DNA of 64,000 nt from Candidatus Falkowbacteria bacterium (GCA_003518055.1 DOZJ01000006.1:136912-200911); one strand, 5' to 3'. Positions 46,800 to 55,180 are shown, counted from the stretch's first letter. Notes: generated by a model from the sequence alone, not told the origin. Made by a program: numbers and translations.

Positions 46800-47763
46800 T
46801 TGACAATCAAGATTGGTTTTATTGACGTGGGCAGCGCGATTAGTCGCAATTAGGTTACTGTTCGTGAAGTTAGTTTGTTAACTTCGCGCTGCCCAGTTCT
46901 TTTGAGACCAACACCCTGAAAGGAAGTAAAGATTTGATTCTTTCTACTGGGTGTTTTTTGAAAATTCAGGAGCGCCTCCTGGATGGCCCCCACTGCAAAA
47001 TTGATGGGCCGAAATTCATAGGCGTTCCAATCATAGTAATGCCGGAGCATTGGAGAGTCTACCCTGGAGGGTGACTGGTCAGGAATGACCACCAGTGTTT
47101 CCGGCTTGTTGTTCCCCCACGCGGATGCCCTGCGCGCTCGTTCTGAGCCGCCGGTCGTAAGGGGGATGCGACGGAGCTAAGGCTCTTGTCCGCAATCGCT
47201 TCGGGGCGGCATTCATGTCGTTCGGCGGCGGGTTTCGCGGAGATTTGAGCCCGAGCGCTCCGTATTGGGAGAGAGGGTTTTGGCTACCTGGCGTCGAAAG
47301 ATGCCAAAGGATAAGCTGACAGGGGGCAAATCTGTCAGTGGAAATCCGGGGGTACCTAGACCTTCGGAGTGGTGGCTGATCCCACCATCCAAGCCACGTA
47401 CCGGCACAAGCATGCCTACGATTTGGCGGGCCGGTATGGTCGTGTTGAGTGGCAACAATCCCTGATTGTGGCGTATCGGCAGCAGGTCTGTCGGCGTTCA
47501 GTGGGGTGAGCCGCGGCGACATTAGTTGCCAAAGAGGTTGGCGAAGGCTTAGTAGGATGGGTCTTCGCTGAACGCGCCCTCTGGCAGCAAAAAGACAGCA
47601 CAGGCGATTGGGTAGCGCAAACCCGGACGTCTGACGCTCCTCTAGGATAAAATTGGGGATTGCGGTGAAGATGAGAACGTGCCCCCGTTTGATTCCGAGC
47701 CTCTTTCCCCGCGTTTATAAATTTAATCCCGCTGGCGTCACTACGTCTGCGGGCTTTGTTTTT
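46800..47763 (+). ncRNA. Candidate large structured non-coding RNA (~960 nt), class unassigned
   Basis: No credible ORF; GC-rich in an AT-rich intergenic context; many helices with G-U pairs on the + strand; GNRA/UUCG loops; promoter and terminator. Confidence 0.75.
47728..47763 (+). terminator. Terminator-like hairpin closing the ncRNA
   Basis: cccgc-ggcgt/acgtc-gcggg stem followed by ctttgttttt. Confidence 0.6.
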
Positions 47764-47952
47764 AAAAAAAATATTTGTTTTGTGAATGTAGGTAGAGGGT
47801 TGAAGGGCAACTCCTTTTTTTGTCCACATTGCTAAACGAGTTTTTTGTGGTAAATTGTAGATATCATGGGAAATTTATAGAAAAAAAGAAATTGATTGAA
47901 ATTTATTGGTTGACCATCTAAATTTCCATTTATTTCAAATAATTTCATTATT

Positions 47953-49779
47953 ATGAATAGTGATAGCAAAATAAAAATATTACCACCGGAATTGGTGAAT
48001 CAGATTGCCGCTGGTGAGGTGGTTGAACGGCCGGCTTCGGTGGTAAAGGAATTGGTGGAGAATTGTCTGGATGCTGGGGGGCGGAATATTTCGATTGAAC
48101 TTACTAACGGTGGGGTTGATTTGATTCGAATTACGGATGATGGTTCGGGAATGTCGCCGGAAGACGCTCGGTTATCAATCGCTCAACACGCTACCAGTAA
48201 AATAAAAACTATTGATGATTTGTTCAGTGTCGTGACCATGGGATTTCGCGGTGAGGCTTTGGCCAGTATTTCTTCGGTCAGTCAGTTCAAATTAACCACA
48301 AAACAAAAAGGCCGGATGGCCGCGACGCAGCTGAGTGTATTTGATAATCAGATTGAAACAGTGGAGGTCGGCGCGCCGGAGGGGACTACAATTGAAGTGA
48401 AAAATCTTTTTTATAACATTCCGGCGCGTAAAAAATATTTGAAGACGGCGGTGACGGAATATAATCATATTGTGGATTTGTTTCTGTACTATGTTTTGCT
48501 TCACAAACAGATCAATTGGACGCTCAGCCACAATGGAAAAGTCGTGTATCAATTTACGGCGATAGATGATCACCAAGGTCGAATTTTTGAAGTTTTGGGT
48601 CGAGAGGTGGCGGAGAATTTACTTGATGTTGATTATAATGGCGTGGAATTCAAAATCAAGGGTTTTATCGGCCGGCCGCAGATTGCCAGAAACAATCGCA
48701 AGCTGCAGTATTTGTTTGTGAATAATCGACCGGTAGATGAATATGTAATCGCCAAGCAGATTAAAGATGCTTTTGCCACGTTGATTCCGCATACTTTATA
48801 TCCGGTTTATATTTTATCGCTTGACATTGAGCCGAGTGCGGTGGATGTGAATGTTCATCCACGAAAAATGGAAGTGCGATTTTCCGAGCCGCAAAAGATT
48901 TATAAAATGATATATCGGGTGGTGGCGGAGACACTCGACAAGAATGAATTGACCAAACAGATTCATGATTTTGAGTCTACGTCCGAAGTGATTTTCAAGC
49001 AGCGAGAAAGGTTTCAGGGGGCCAATCAGATGCCGGTTCAAACTAACTGGCGCGGTGGTGAAACCGGTTTAACCGGACAATTTAATTCCCAGATTAGTCA
49101 AAAGTTTGATTTTGTTCCACAGGGGAATCACAATCAGGTTGTTTTGGGCGCAGTTGAAAGTGAAGATTCAAGTATAACTAATCACAGGGGATTTAAAGTA
49201 ATTGGTCAGGTTAATCGGTCATATATTGTGGTTGAAACAAATAGCGGACTCAAAATATATGATCAGCACGCTTCAAGTGAGCGGGTACAGTTTGAGAAGT
49301 TAAAGCAAGACTGGCAAGCGGGGCATGTCAGTCAACAGACATTGCTTTTACCCGAGCAGATTGTTTTTCCGCCGCAGGAAATTCATGTAGTGGAAGGGAA
49401 TTCAGAGTTTTTACAGATTATGGGATTCACGCTGGAGCCTTTTGGCGGTAATACCTACATTTTAAGCGCTGTCCCGCAGCTTTTAATTGACAAAAACGTC
49501 AAAGAAGCGCTGAAAGAGTTGGTCGGGTTATTGCTTGAATCACCAAATTCGGTCGGTAATAATCAGGAAGATATGCCTGATTCGGTTCGCCGCGTCATCA
49601 ATATGATGAGCTGTCGTAGTGCCGTCAAATTTGGAGATGAATTATCTGTACCGGGAATGTATGCTTTGATTGAAGCGCTTGAAGCCAATCCCAGCCAATA
49701 TACCTGTGTTCACGGCCGGCCATGCGTGATAGAATATAAGTATGAAGAATTGGAGAAGCTATTTAAGAGAAGGAACTAG
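47953..49779 (+). CDS. mutL: DNA mismatch repair protein MutL
   Basis: NQIAAGEVVERPASVVKELVEN, GFRGEALAS, DQHASSER, SCR, CVHGRP endonuclease motifs. Confidence 0.97.
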   Translation: MNSDSKIKILPPELVNQIAAGEVVERPASVVKELVENCLDAGGRNISIELTNGGVDLIRITDDGSGMSPEDARLSIAQHATSKIKTIDDLFSVVTMGFRGEALASISSVSQFKLTTKQKGRMAATQLSVFDNQIETVEVGAPEGTTIEVKNLFYNIPARKKYLKTAVTEYNHIVDLFLYYVLLHKQINWTLSHNGKVVYQFTAIDDHQGRIFEVLGREVAENLLDVDYNGVEFKIKGFIGRPQIARNNRKLQYLFVNNRPVDEYVIAKQIKDAFATLIPHTLYPVYILSLDIEPSAVDVNVHPRKMEVRFSEPQKIYKMIYRVVAETLDKNELTKQIHDFESTSEVIFKQRERFQGANQMPVQTNWRGGETGLTGQFNSQISQKFDFVPQGNHNQVVLGAVESEDSSITNHRGFKVIGQVNRSYIVVETNSGLKIYDQHASSERVQFEKLKQDWQAGHVSQQTLLLPEQIVFPPQEIHVVEGNSEFLQIMGFTLEPFGGNTYILSAVPQLLIDKNVKEALKELVGLLLESPNSVGNNQEDMPDSVRRVINMMSCRSAVKFGDELSVPGMYALIEALEANPSQYTCVHGRPCVIEYKYEELEKLFKRRN

Positions 49780-49880
49780 GTATGAATAAAGACAAGTTAA
49801 AAAATTGAACAGAAATTTTCGTTGCATATAAATAGCGAGTGAGAAGAAAGAAGTATTTAACGATTATTGTATGAAAAGTT

Positions 49881-50010
49881 TGTCACCCTGAGGAACTCGA
49901 AGGGTGAGTCTTTAAACGCTTGTCTATGCTTCCCACCTACGTTAAAACTTCTGCCTTCGTTAAAACTCCGGCAGACAAGCCGGCGGGCAGGCGAGAGCCT
50001 CAGCATGACA
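49881..50010 (+). repeat. REP-like inverted repeat carrying two nested 30-nt CARG hairpins
   Basis: tgtcaccctgagg..cgaagggt...atgctt[49932-49991 containing 49950-49979]cgagagcctcagcatgaca. Confidence 0.82.
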
Positions 50011-50026
50011 AGTTTACTTAATTATT

Positions 50027-50740
50027 ATGCATGAACAGCCCACACAACAAAATATCAAGGAAGCGTTATTGAATTTGCCGTCGGTCAAAAAGGTTTTTGA
50101 GCAGCTGGGATATTTTGTCTCTTTGTATCATGAGGCGGAAGAAGGAAAGAAAAACGAGGTCTTGGGGCGGATGAAAAAGTTTTTGCCCCAATTTGATGTC
50201 TTGTTGGATAAAATGGCGGCGGCGGCACATTATTCGATTGATGATTTTGTTAATGATTTGATGGCGACGGATCGGCTTGAAGCTTTGAGACAAGCGTTGG
50301 CCGGCGCTGAAAATAAACGGGATTTTTCCGTCGGTGTCTTTAATATTGATTACAATCCGGCTGAGCATCGTTATGTTTTACATATGCCGCCATATCAGGG
50401 GCAAGATTTTCAGGCCGACTTTACAAGATCCATGTATTTATTGGCGGAGAAGATGGCCGCGGATGAAAAGGTTGAATTGGTTGAGGGCTATTCTTGGATT
50501 TTTAATATTCCTTTTGTCGGCGATTTGTTTAACAATGCCAGATTTGAGGATACAAGAAAAACGGAGCGTAACATGAATACGCGCGGCGAGTTTTCCGGTT
50601 CTCAGCGGTCAGCTTTATTATTCAACAAAAAATCACTCCGAGAGTATTTGCAAACAGGAGAAATGCCCATCACCACTGGACGGGTTTATTTGAGGGATGA
50701 TTTTTTGCGTGATTATTTAGAACCGACAAAAAAACAATAA
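50027..50740 (+). CDS. Hypothetical protein
   Basis: 237-aa ORF, host-like codon usage. Confidence 0.7.
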   Translation: MHEQPTQQNIKEALLNLPSVKKVFEQLGYFVSLYHEAEEGKKNEVLGRMKKFLPQFDVLLDKMAAAAHYSIDDFVNDLMATDRLEALRQALAGAENKRDFSVGVFNIDYNPAEHRYVLHMPPYQGQDFQADFTRSMYLLAEKMAADEKVELVEGYSWIFNIPFVGDLFNNARFEDTRKTERNMNTRGEFSGSQRSALLFNKKSLREYLQTGEMPITTGRVYLRDDFLRDYLEPTKKQ

Positions 50741-50824
50741 GTGGTAATGATTGATGTTTTTATGGTTGTTTTTTTTTGACAAATTTGATTTTGGTGTGTA
50801 TGTGGATAATAATTCGTCTTAAAT

Positions 50825-50994
50825 TTGACAAAATATTCGATTTTAGTTATTATAGTGATACTTATTTAAGCCGTGAGGATAAATAATATTTTTTTGCTAA
50901 TTTACGCTGATTAACAGTGATATAAAGGGTGGCTACACACGTTAATGACGCAAACACCATAAAGTGTTGACATTATTTTATTTTACTGTATAAT
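50825..50994 (+). promoter_or_regulatory. Tandem promoters of the infA-rpsI operon
   Basis: TTGACA-17-TATTAT (50825-50853) and TTGACA-16-TATAAT (50967-50994). Confidence 0.65.
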
Positions 50995-51011
50995 TAAGCT
51001 AGCTTTAACGC

Positions 51012-51230
51012 ATGGGAAACAAAAAAGACGTGATTGAAATGACGGGTGTGGTTGAAGAATTGCTGCCGGCGGCCATGTTTCGTATTGCTCTTGACAATGG
51101 CCACGAAATAACCGGTTTGCTGTCAGGGAAAATGCGGATGAATAAAATTCGTATTCTACCTGGTGACAAGGTTAAATTGGAGTTGACTCCATACGATTTG
51201 ACCAAGGGGCGAATCGTATATCGGTATTAA
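51012..51230 (+). CDS. infA: Translation initiation factor IF-1
   Basis: [36 protein letters not shown]. Confidence 0.97.
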   Translation: MGNKKDVIEMTGVVEELLPAAMFRIALDNGHEITGLLSGKMRMNKIRILPGDKVKLELTPYDLTKGRIVYRY

Positions 51231-51301
51231 CTTCGAGCTCGATGATCGCGAATAGCGGTTGGGGCCGCTTGTCATTTTTATGTCTAAAAAATATTTTTAA
51301 T

Positions 51302-51415
51302 ATGAAGGTTAGATCTTCGGTAAAAAAAATGTGCAAAGATTGTAAGGTTGTCAAACGCAAAGGGCGAGTGGTGATCATTTGCAAAAATCCTAAGCATAAA
51401 CAGCGTCAGGGTTAA
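51302..51415 (+). CDS. rpmJ: 50S ribosomal protein L36
   Basis: Manual translation [37 protein letters not shown]. Confidence 0.97.
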   Translation: MKVRSSVKKMCKDCKVVKRKGRVVIICKNPKHKQRQG

Positions 51416-51500
51416 TTTGGTATACAAATTTACTTGCCAAAGGACCAGTTAGTCCTAAAGGCGGACAAAACTACGAATACTACTAAAATTTTAAATTAAT

Positions 51501-51890
51501 ATGTTACGTATTTCAGGTGTTACACTTCCAAACGAGAAAAGAGTCGAAATCGCTTTGACCTATGTTTATGGTATCGGATTGGCTCATAGTCAGGATATTT
51601 TGGCGCAAGCCAAGGTGAGTCCGGATACCCGGGTCAAAAATTTGACTGAAGATGAGGAAAGCCGAATTCGCCAAGTCATTGAGGCTAACTATAAAATCGA
51701 GGGTGAACTTCGACGCGAGGTTTTGACCAATATCAAGATATTAAAGGAAATTAAATCGTACAGAGGTTCTCGTCACGTTAAGGGGCTGCCAGCTCGAGGC
51801 CAGAGAAGCAAAACGAATTCTCGGACTGTCCGCGGCAATGTTCGTCGAACAGCTGGAAGCGGTCGTAAATTGTCAGCGCAAAAAACATAA
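51501..51890 (+). CDS. rpsM: 30S ribosomal protein S13
   Basis: [24 protein letters not shown]. Confidence 0.97.
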   Translation: MLRISGVTLPNEKRVEIALTYVYGIGLAHSQDILAQAKVSPDTRVKNLTEDEESRIRQVIEANYKIEGELRREVLTNIKILKEIKSYRGSRHVKGLPARGQRSKTNSRTVRGNVRRTAGSGRKLSAQKT

Positions 51891-51946
51891 TGATAACAAC
51901 GTTAGTTTATAAATATTACCAAATTACGAGTACAAATTAATTAAAT

Positions 51947-52405
51947 ATGGCAGAAGAACAACAGACAACTGAACAACAACCGGTAGCGGAAACAACGGTT
52001 GATGAAAAATCAACCAAAAAAGTGAAAGCGGCAAAGGGACGAAAAAAAGTTATTAGACAAGTTTCTCTAGGCCGGGCTTTTGTTAAGGCTACATACAATA
52101 ACACCTTGATTACTTTTACCGATCAGAATGGCAATGTGCTTGCGACTTCGAGCGCGGGGGAGAATGGCTTTAGCGGTCCACGCAAAGCGACTCCGTATGC
52201 CGCGTCGGTGATTGTCAAGAAAGCCGCGGAAAAAGTTGCTCCTTTTGGATTGAAAGAGGTTAATGTTTTTGTAAAAGGTGTTGGGTTGGGCCGAGAGTCT
52301 GCAATTCGTTCAATTAATGCCAATGGGATTAATATATTATCAATCAAGGATGTGACGCCGATTCCTCACAATGGATGTCGTCGTCGTAAACCTCGAAGAG
52401 TATAA
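51947..52405 (+). CDS. rpsK: 30S ribosomal protein S11
   Basis: ATYNNT, RKATPYAA, DVTPIPHNGCR. Confidence 0.97.
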   Translation: MAEEQQTTEQQPVAETTVDEKSTKKVKAAKGRKKVIRQVSLGRAFVKATYNNTLITFTDQNGNVLATSSAGENGFSGPRKATPYAASVIVKKAAEKVAPFGLKEVNVFVKGVGLGRESAIRSINANGINILSIKDVTPIPHNGCRRRKPRRV

Positions 52406-52414
52406 TCGAAGACT

Positions 52415-53059
52415 ATGCCAGAAATAACTACACAACAAGATGCTAAATGCAGAAGCTGCAGACGCTGCGGCCGAAAGCTTTTTTTAAAAGGTGATCGTTG
52501 TCTTACCCCAAGTTGCGCCGTGACAAAGAGAAAGTATGGCCCGGGTATGCATGGTGAAAAGAAAGTGGCCAGCCGAACCTCAGATTATGGCAGCCAATTG
52601 AAGGAAAAACAATCAGCCAGAACTTCTTATAATTTGCGCGAACGACAATTCAAAGCTTATTTTGACAAAGCGGTATCACACGAGGGTGAAACCGGTCAAA
52701 ATTTTTATCAAGTTTTGGAATTGCGTTTAGATAATATCGTAAGACGGTTGGGTTGGGGCAAGTCCATGAAGCACTCCAGACAGCTGGTGAACCATGGTCA
52801 TTTCTTGGTTAACGGTAAAAAGGTATCTATCCCTTCCTATCAAGTGAAAGTAAATGATATAATTACAGTCAAGGAAGCCAGCATGAAGAATCGACAAGCA
52901 TTCGCTGATTTGGCGGAGAGAATGAAGGGCAAGGAAGTCGCTGATTGGTTGTTTTATGATGAAAAAGAAATAAGCGGCAAAGTTGTTGGAGTGCCGAATG
53001 TCAGTAAAGTGGCTTTAGATTTTGACTTGAAAGCGATTATTGAGTTCTATTCACGTTAA
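52415..53059 (+). CDS. rpsD: 30S ribosomal protein S4 (Cys/zinc form)
   Basis: CRSCRR...LKGDRC...C, LELRLDN, RQLVNHGH, IIEFYSR. Confidence 0.97.
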   Translation: MPEITTQQDAKCRSCRRCGRKLFLKGDRCLTPSCAVTKRKYGPGMHGEKKVASRTSDYGSQLKEKQSARTSYNLRERQFKAYFDKAVSHEGETGQNFYQVLELRLDNIVRRLGWGKSMKHSRQLVNHGHFLVNGKKVSIPSYQVKVNDIITVKEASMKNRQAFADLAERMKGKEVADWLFYDEKEISGKVVGVPNVSKVALDFDLKAIIEFYSR

Positions 53060-53142
53060 TAAATAAAACCACCGAGTTGTAACCCAGGTTTATTTGTATC
53101 CGATGGAGGGTAGAGTAGCCAGGGCAGCTCGACAAAATGTGT

Positions 53143-53877
53143 ATGGAGTTATTTCTCCTTCCGTCAAAAATTGAATATAAAAAAGGTGAAAAACCGAATG
53201 AAGCGGTGTTGGAAGTAGAGCCGTTGTATTTCGGATATGGTACCACCATGGCGAACGCGTTGCGTCGAGTTTTGATGTCATCATTGCCGGGAGCGGCGGT
53301 GACAGCGGTGAAAATCAAGGGTGTAGATCAAGAATTTTCAGCGATAGAAAACGTAAAAGAAGATGCTTTGAATATAATTTTAAATTTAAAAAAATTAGCG
53401 GTAAAAGTCCACAGCGATGAACCGATAAAACTCAAGCTAAAAGTAAAGGGTGCAAAGACAGTGACGGCCGACGACATTGAGAAGAATAGCGATGTGGAAA
53501 TTATCAATACTGATTTGGAAATTTTGACTTTGACGGATAAAAAGGGCGAAATTGACATGGAAATTACAGTGGAAAAAGGCAGAGGATATATTCCGGTTGA
53601 GGAAAGAAGCCGCGATGATTTGGAAATCGGGACGATGATGGTTGACTCGGTTTTTTCTCCGGTAAGAAATGTGGGATATCAGGTGGAAAATGTTCGTGTC
53701 GGCGATATTACGGATTATGATAAATTGACCATGAATATTGAGACTGATGGCACGCTCACTCCGGAAGAAGCGGTATCCCAAGCGACTAAAATTTTAATAG
53801 ATCACTTTTCTTTGTTGCAGGGAGACAAAAAAAATGTCGACTTGAACGATGAAGAAGAGCCATCGGCCGCCGAATAA
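53143..53877 (+). CDS. rpoA: RNA polymerase alpha subunit (NTD only, no alpha-CTD)
   Basis: EPL..GYGTTMANALRRVLMSS, GRGY, DSVFSPV, DYDKL; stops ~20 aa after the NTD. Confidence 0.95.
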   Translation: MELFLLPSKIEYKKGEKPNEAVLEVEPLYFGYGTTMANALRRVLMSSLPGAAVTAVKIKGVDQEFSAIENVKEDALNIILNLKKLAVKVHSDEPIKLKLKVKGAKTVTADDIEKNSDVEIINTDLEILTLTDKKGEIDMEITVEKGRGYIPVEERSRDDLEIGTMMVDSVFSPVRNVGYQVENVRVGDITDYDKLTMNIETDGTLTPEEAVSQATKILIDHFSLLQGDKKNVDLNDEEEPSAAE

Positions 53878-53966
53878 TTTTTAACATAAAGTTTTTAATT
53901 CTATTGCCAAGCCATTCATATCGATATGGCGCGTTAACCAGGCCGGTAGATAAATAACAGCGAAGT

Positions 53967-54320
53967 ATGCGACACAATAAACAAGGAAAAAAATTAGGAC
54001 GAACTCGGGACCCGCGAAATGCCCTGCTTAGAAGTCTGGCGACTAATTTTGTTTTGGCCGGAGGGAAGATTAAAACGACTGAAATCAAGGCTAAAGCGGT
54101 TAAGCCAATCATTGAAAAATTTATTACTGTCAGTAAAGTGAATAGTCTGGTGGCGAGAAGGAAGCTGCTTGAATATTTTTATCAAGAAAAAGCCGTAGAA
54201 AAACTCCTCAGTGAAATCGGACCTAAGTATAAGGATAGAAACGGCGGTTACACCAGAATTATTCATATTGGAGCTCGCAGAGGTGATAACGCTGAAGAAG
54301 TGATTTTAGAATTAGTATAA
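53967..54320 (+). CDS. rplQ: 50S ribosomal protein L17
   Basis: [22 protein letters not shown]. Confidence 0.97.
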   Translation: MRHNKQGKKLGRTRDPRNALLRSLATNFVLAGGKIKTTEIKAKAVKPIIEKFITVSKVNSLVARRKLLEYFYQEKAVEKLLSEIGPKYKDRNGGYTRIIHIGARRGDNAEEVILELV

Positions 54321-54331
54321 ATATTTTGAAT

Positions 54332-54682
54332 ATGGTACGACAAACACACACAATTGACGCGACAGATAGAGCCTTGGGCCGTTTGGCGTCCGAGGTGGCG
54401 AGTATTTTGCGCGGAAAGAATAAAGTAACATTTCAACCACACATTGACGGCGGAGATTTTGTGGCTGTAAAAAATGCCGCAGGGGTAAAATTAACCGGTA
54501 AAAAAATGATCCAGAAGGTATATCACCGTTATTCCGGCTATCCGGGTGGTTTGAAAACAACAAAGGCCGGAGATTTGATGAAGAAAAATCCTGAGAAATT
54601 GATTCATGATTCGGTATTAAAAATGTTACCGAAAAACAGACTCCGATCGGAAATGATCAAGCGATTGAAATTTGTAAAATAA
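54332..54682 (+). CDS. rplM: 50S ribosomal protein L13
   Basis: IDA...LGRLAS, LRGKNK, SGYPGGL, MLPKNRL. Confidence 0.96.
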   Translation: MVRQTHTIDATDRALGRLASEVASILRGKNKVTFQPHIDGGDFVAVKNAAGVKLTGKKMIQKVYHRYSGYPGGLKTTKAGDLMKKNPEKLIHDSVLKMLPKNRLRSEMIKRLKFVK

Positions 54683-54697
54683 TTGTATACTTATAGT

Positions 54698-55153
54698 ATG
54701 GTACAAAAAACCACTAAAACTGAAGAAAAAGAAGTAATCAAGGAAGTTGATCCCAAGAAAAGGGCAGAATATTTGTATTCCGTGGGCAAAAGAAAGACTT
54801 CTGTTGCTCAGGTTCGTGTCTTCAAAAAAGGCGAAGGTGAAATTGTGATCAACGAAAAGAAATTGCATGAATATTTTCCGACCAAAGAGCGTCAAGAAAC
54901 AGTAAAAGCGCCTCTAACTTTAATTGGTCAAGGCGATAAATTGAATGTTTCGGTCAAGGTTCTTGGCGGCGGCACCGTTAGCCAATCGGAAGCGATTCGA
55001 CACGGTGTATCCTTGGCGTTGGTGCAGTTGAATCCTAATTTTCGAAAACCATTAAAAAAGGCCGGTTACATTACCCGCGATGCCCGTAAGAAAGAGCGTA
55101 AGAAACCAGGTTTAAAACGCGCTCGTCGAGCACCGCAATGGAAGAAACGTTAA
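54698..55153 (+). CDS. rpsI: 30S ribosomal protein S9
   Basis: GKRKTSVAQV, GGG..SQ, TRDAR.KERKKPGL. Confidence 0.97.
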   Translation: MVQKTTKTEEKEVIKEVDPKKRAEYLYSVGKRKTSVAQVRVFKKGEGEIVINEKKLHEYFPTKERQETVKAPLTLIGQGDKLNVSVKVLGGGTVSQSEAIRHGVSLALVQLNPNFRKPLKKAGYITRDARKKERKKPGLKRARRAPQWKKR

Positions 55154-55180
55154 TTTTTGTCCAATATTGATTTTTCATCA

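Noticed and set aside
47508-47540. Group II intron domain V-like GAGCCG...GGTT hairpin
   Set aside because: Lower stem broken, no GNRA loop, no GUGYG 5' end or domain VI/AY end, no interrupted gene, and stronger alternative pairings exist
47338-47630. RNase P RNA-like hints (GTGGAAATCCGGG, AGTGGCAACA, AAACCCGG with P4-like pairing)
   Set aside because: Do not match the near-universal GAGGAAAGUCC / AGUGCAACAG / ACAGAA..CGGCUUA motifs, and no P1 helix found; only a cmsearch with RNase P models could revive this
47655-47710. tRNA/tmRNA-like segment (gggga...gtttgattcc...tcccc)
   Set aside because: No valid T-stem, D arm or CCA end
46850-47835. ORFs 46850..47092, 47079..47522, 47213..47458, 47265..47465, 47416..47829, 47653..47835
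   Set aside because: Mutually overlapping, mostly non-ATG starts, no SD, Pro/Arg-rich composition expected from GC-rich structured sequence
50920-50940. T-box-like AAGGGTGG
   Set aside because: Lacks the following ACC(G)CG, antiterminator/terminator and Stem I; wrong gene context
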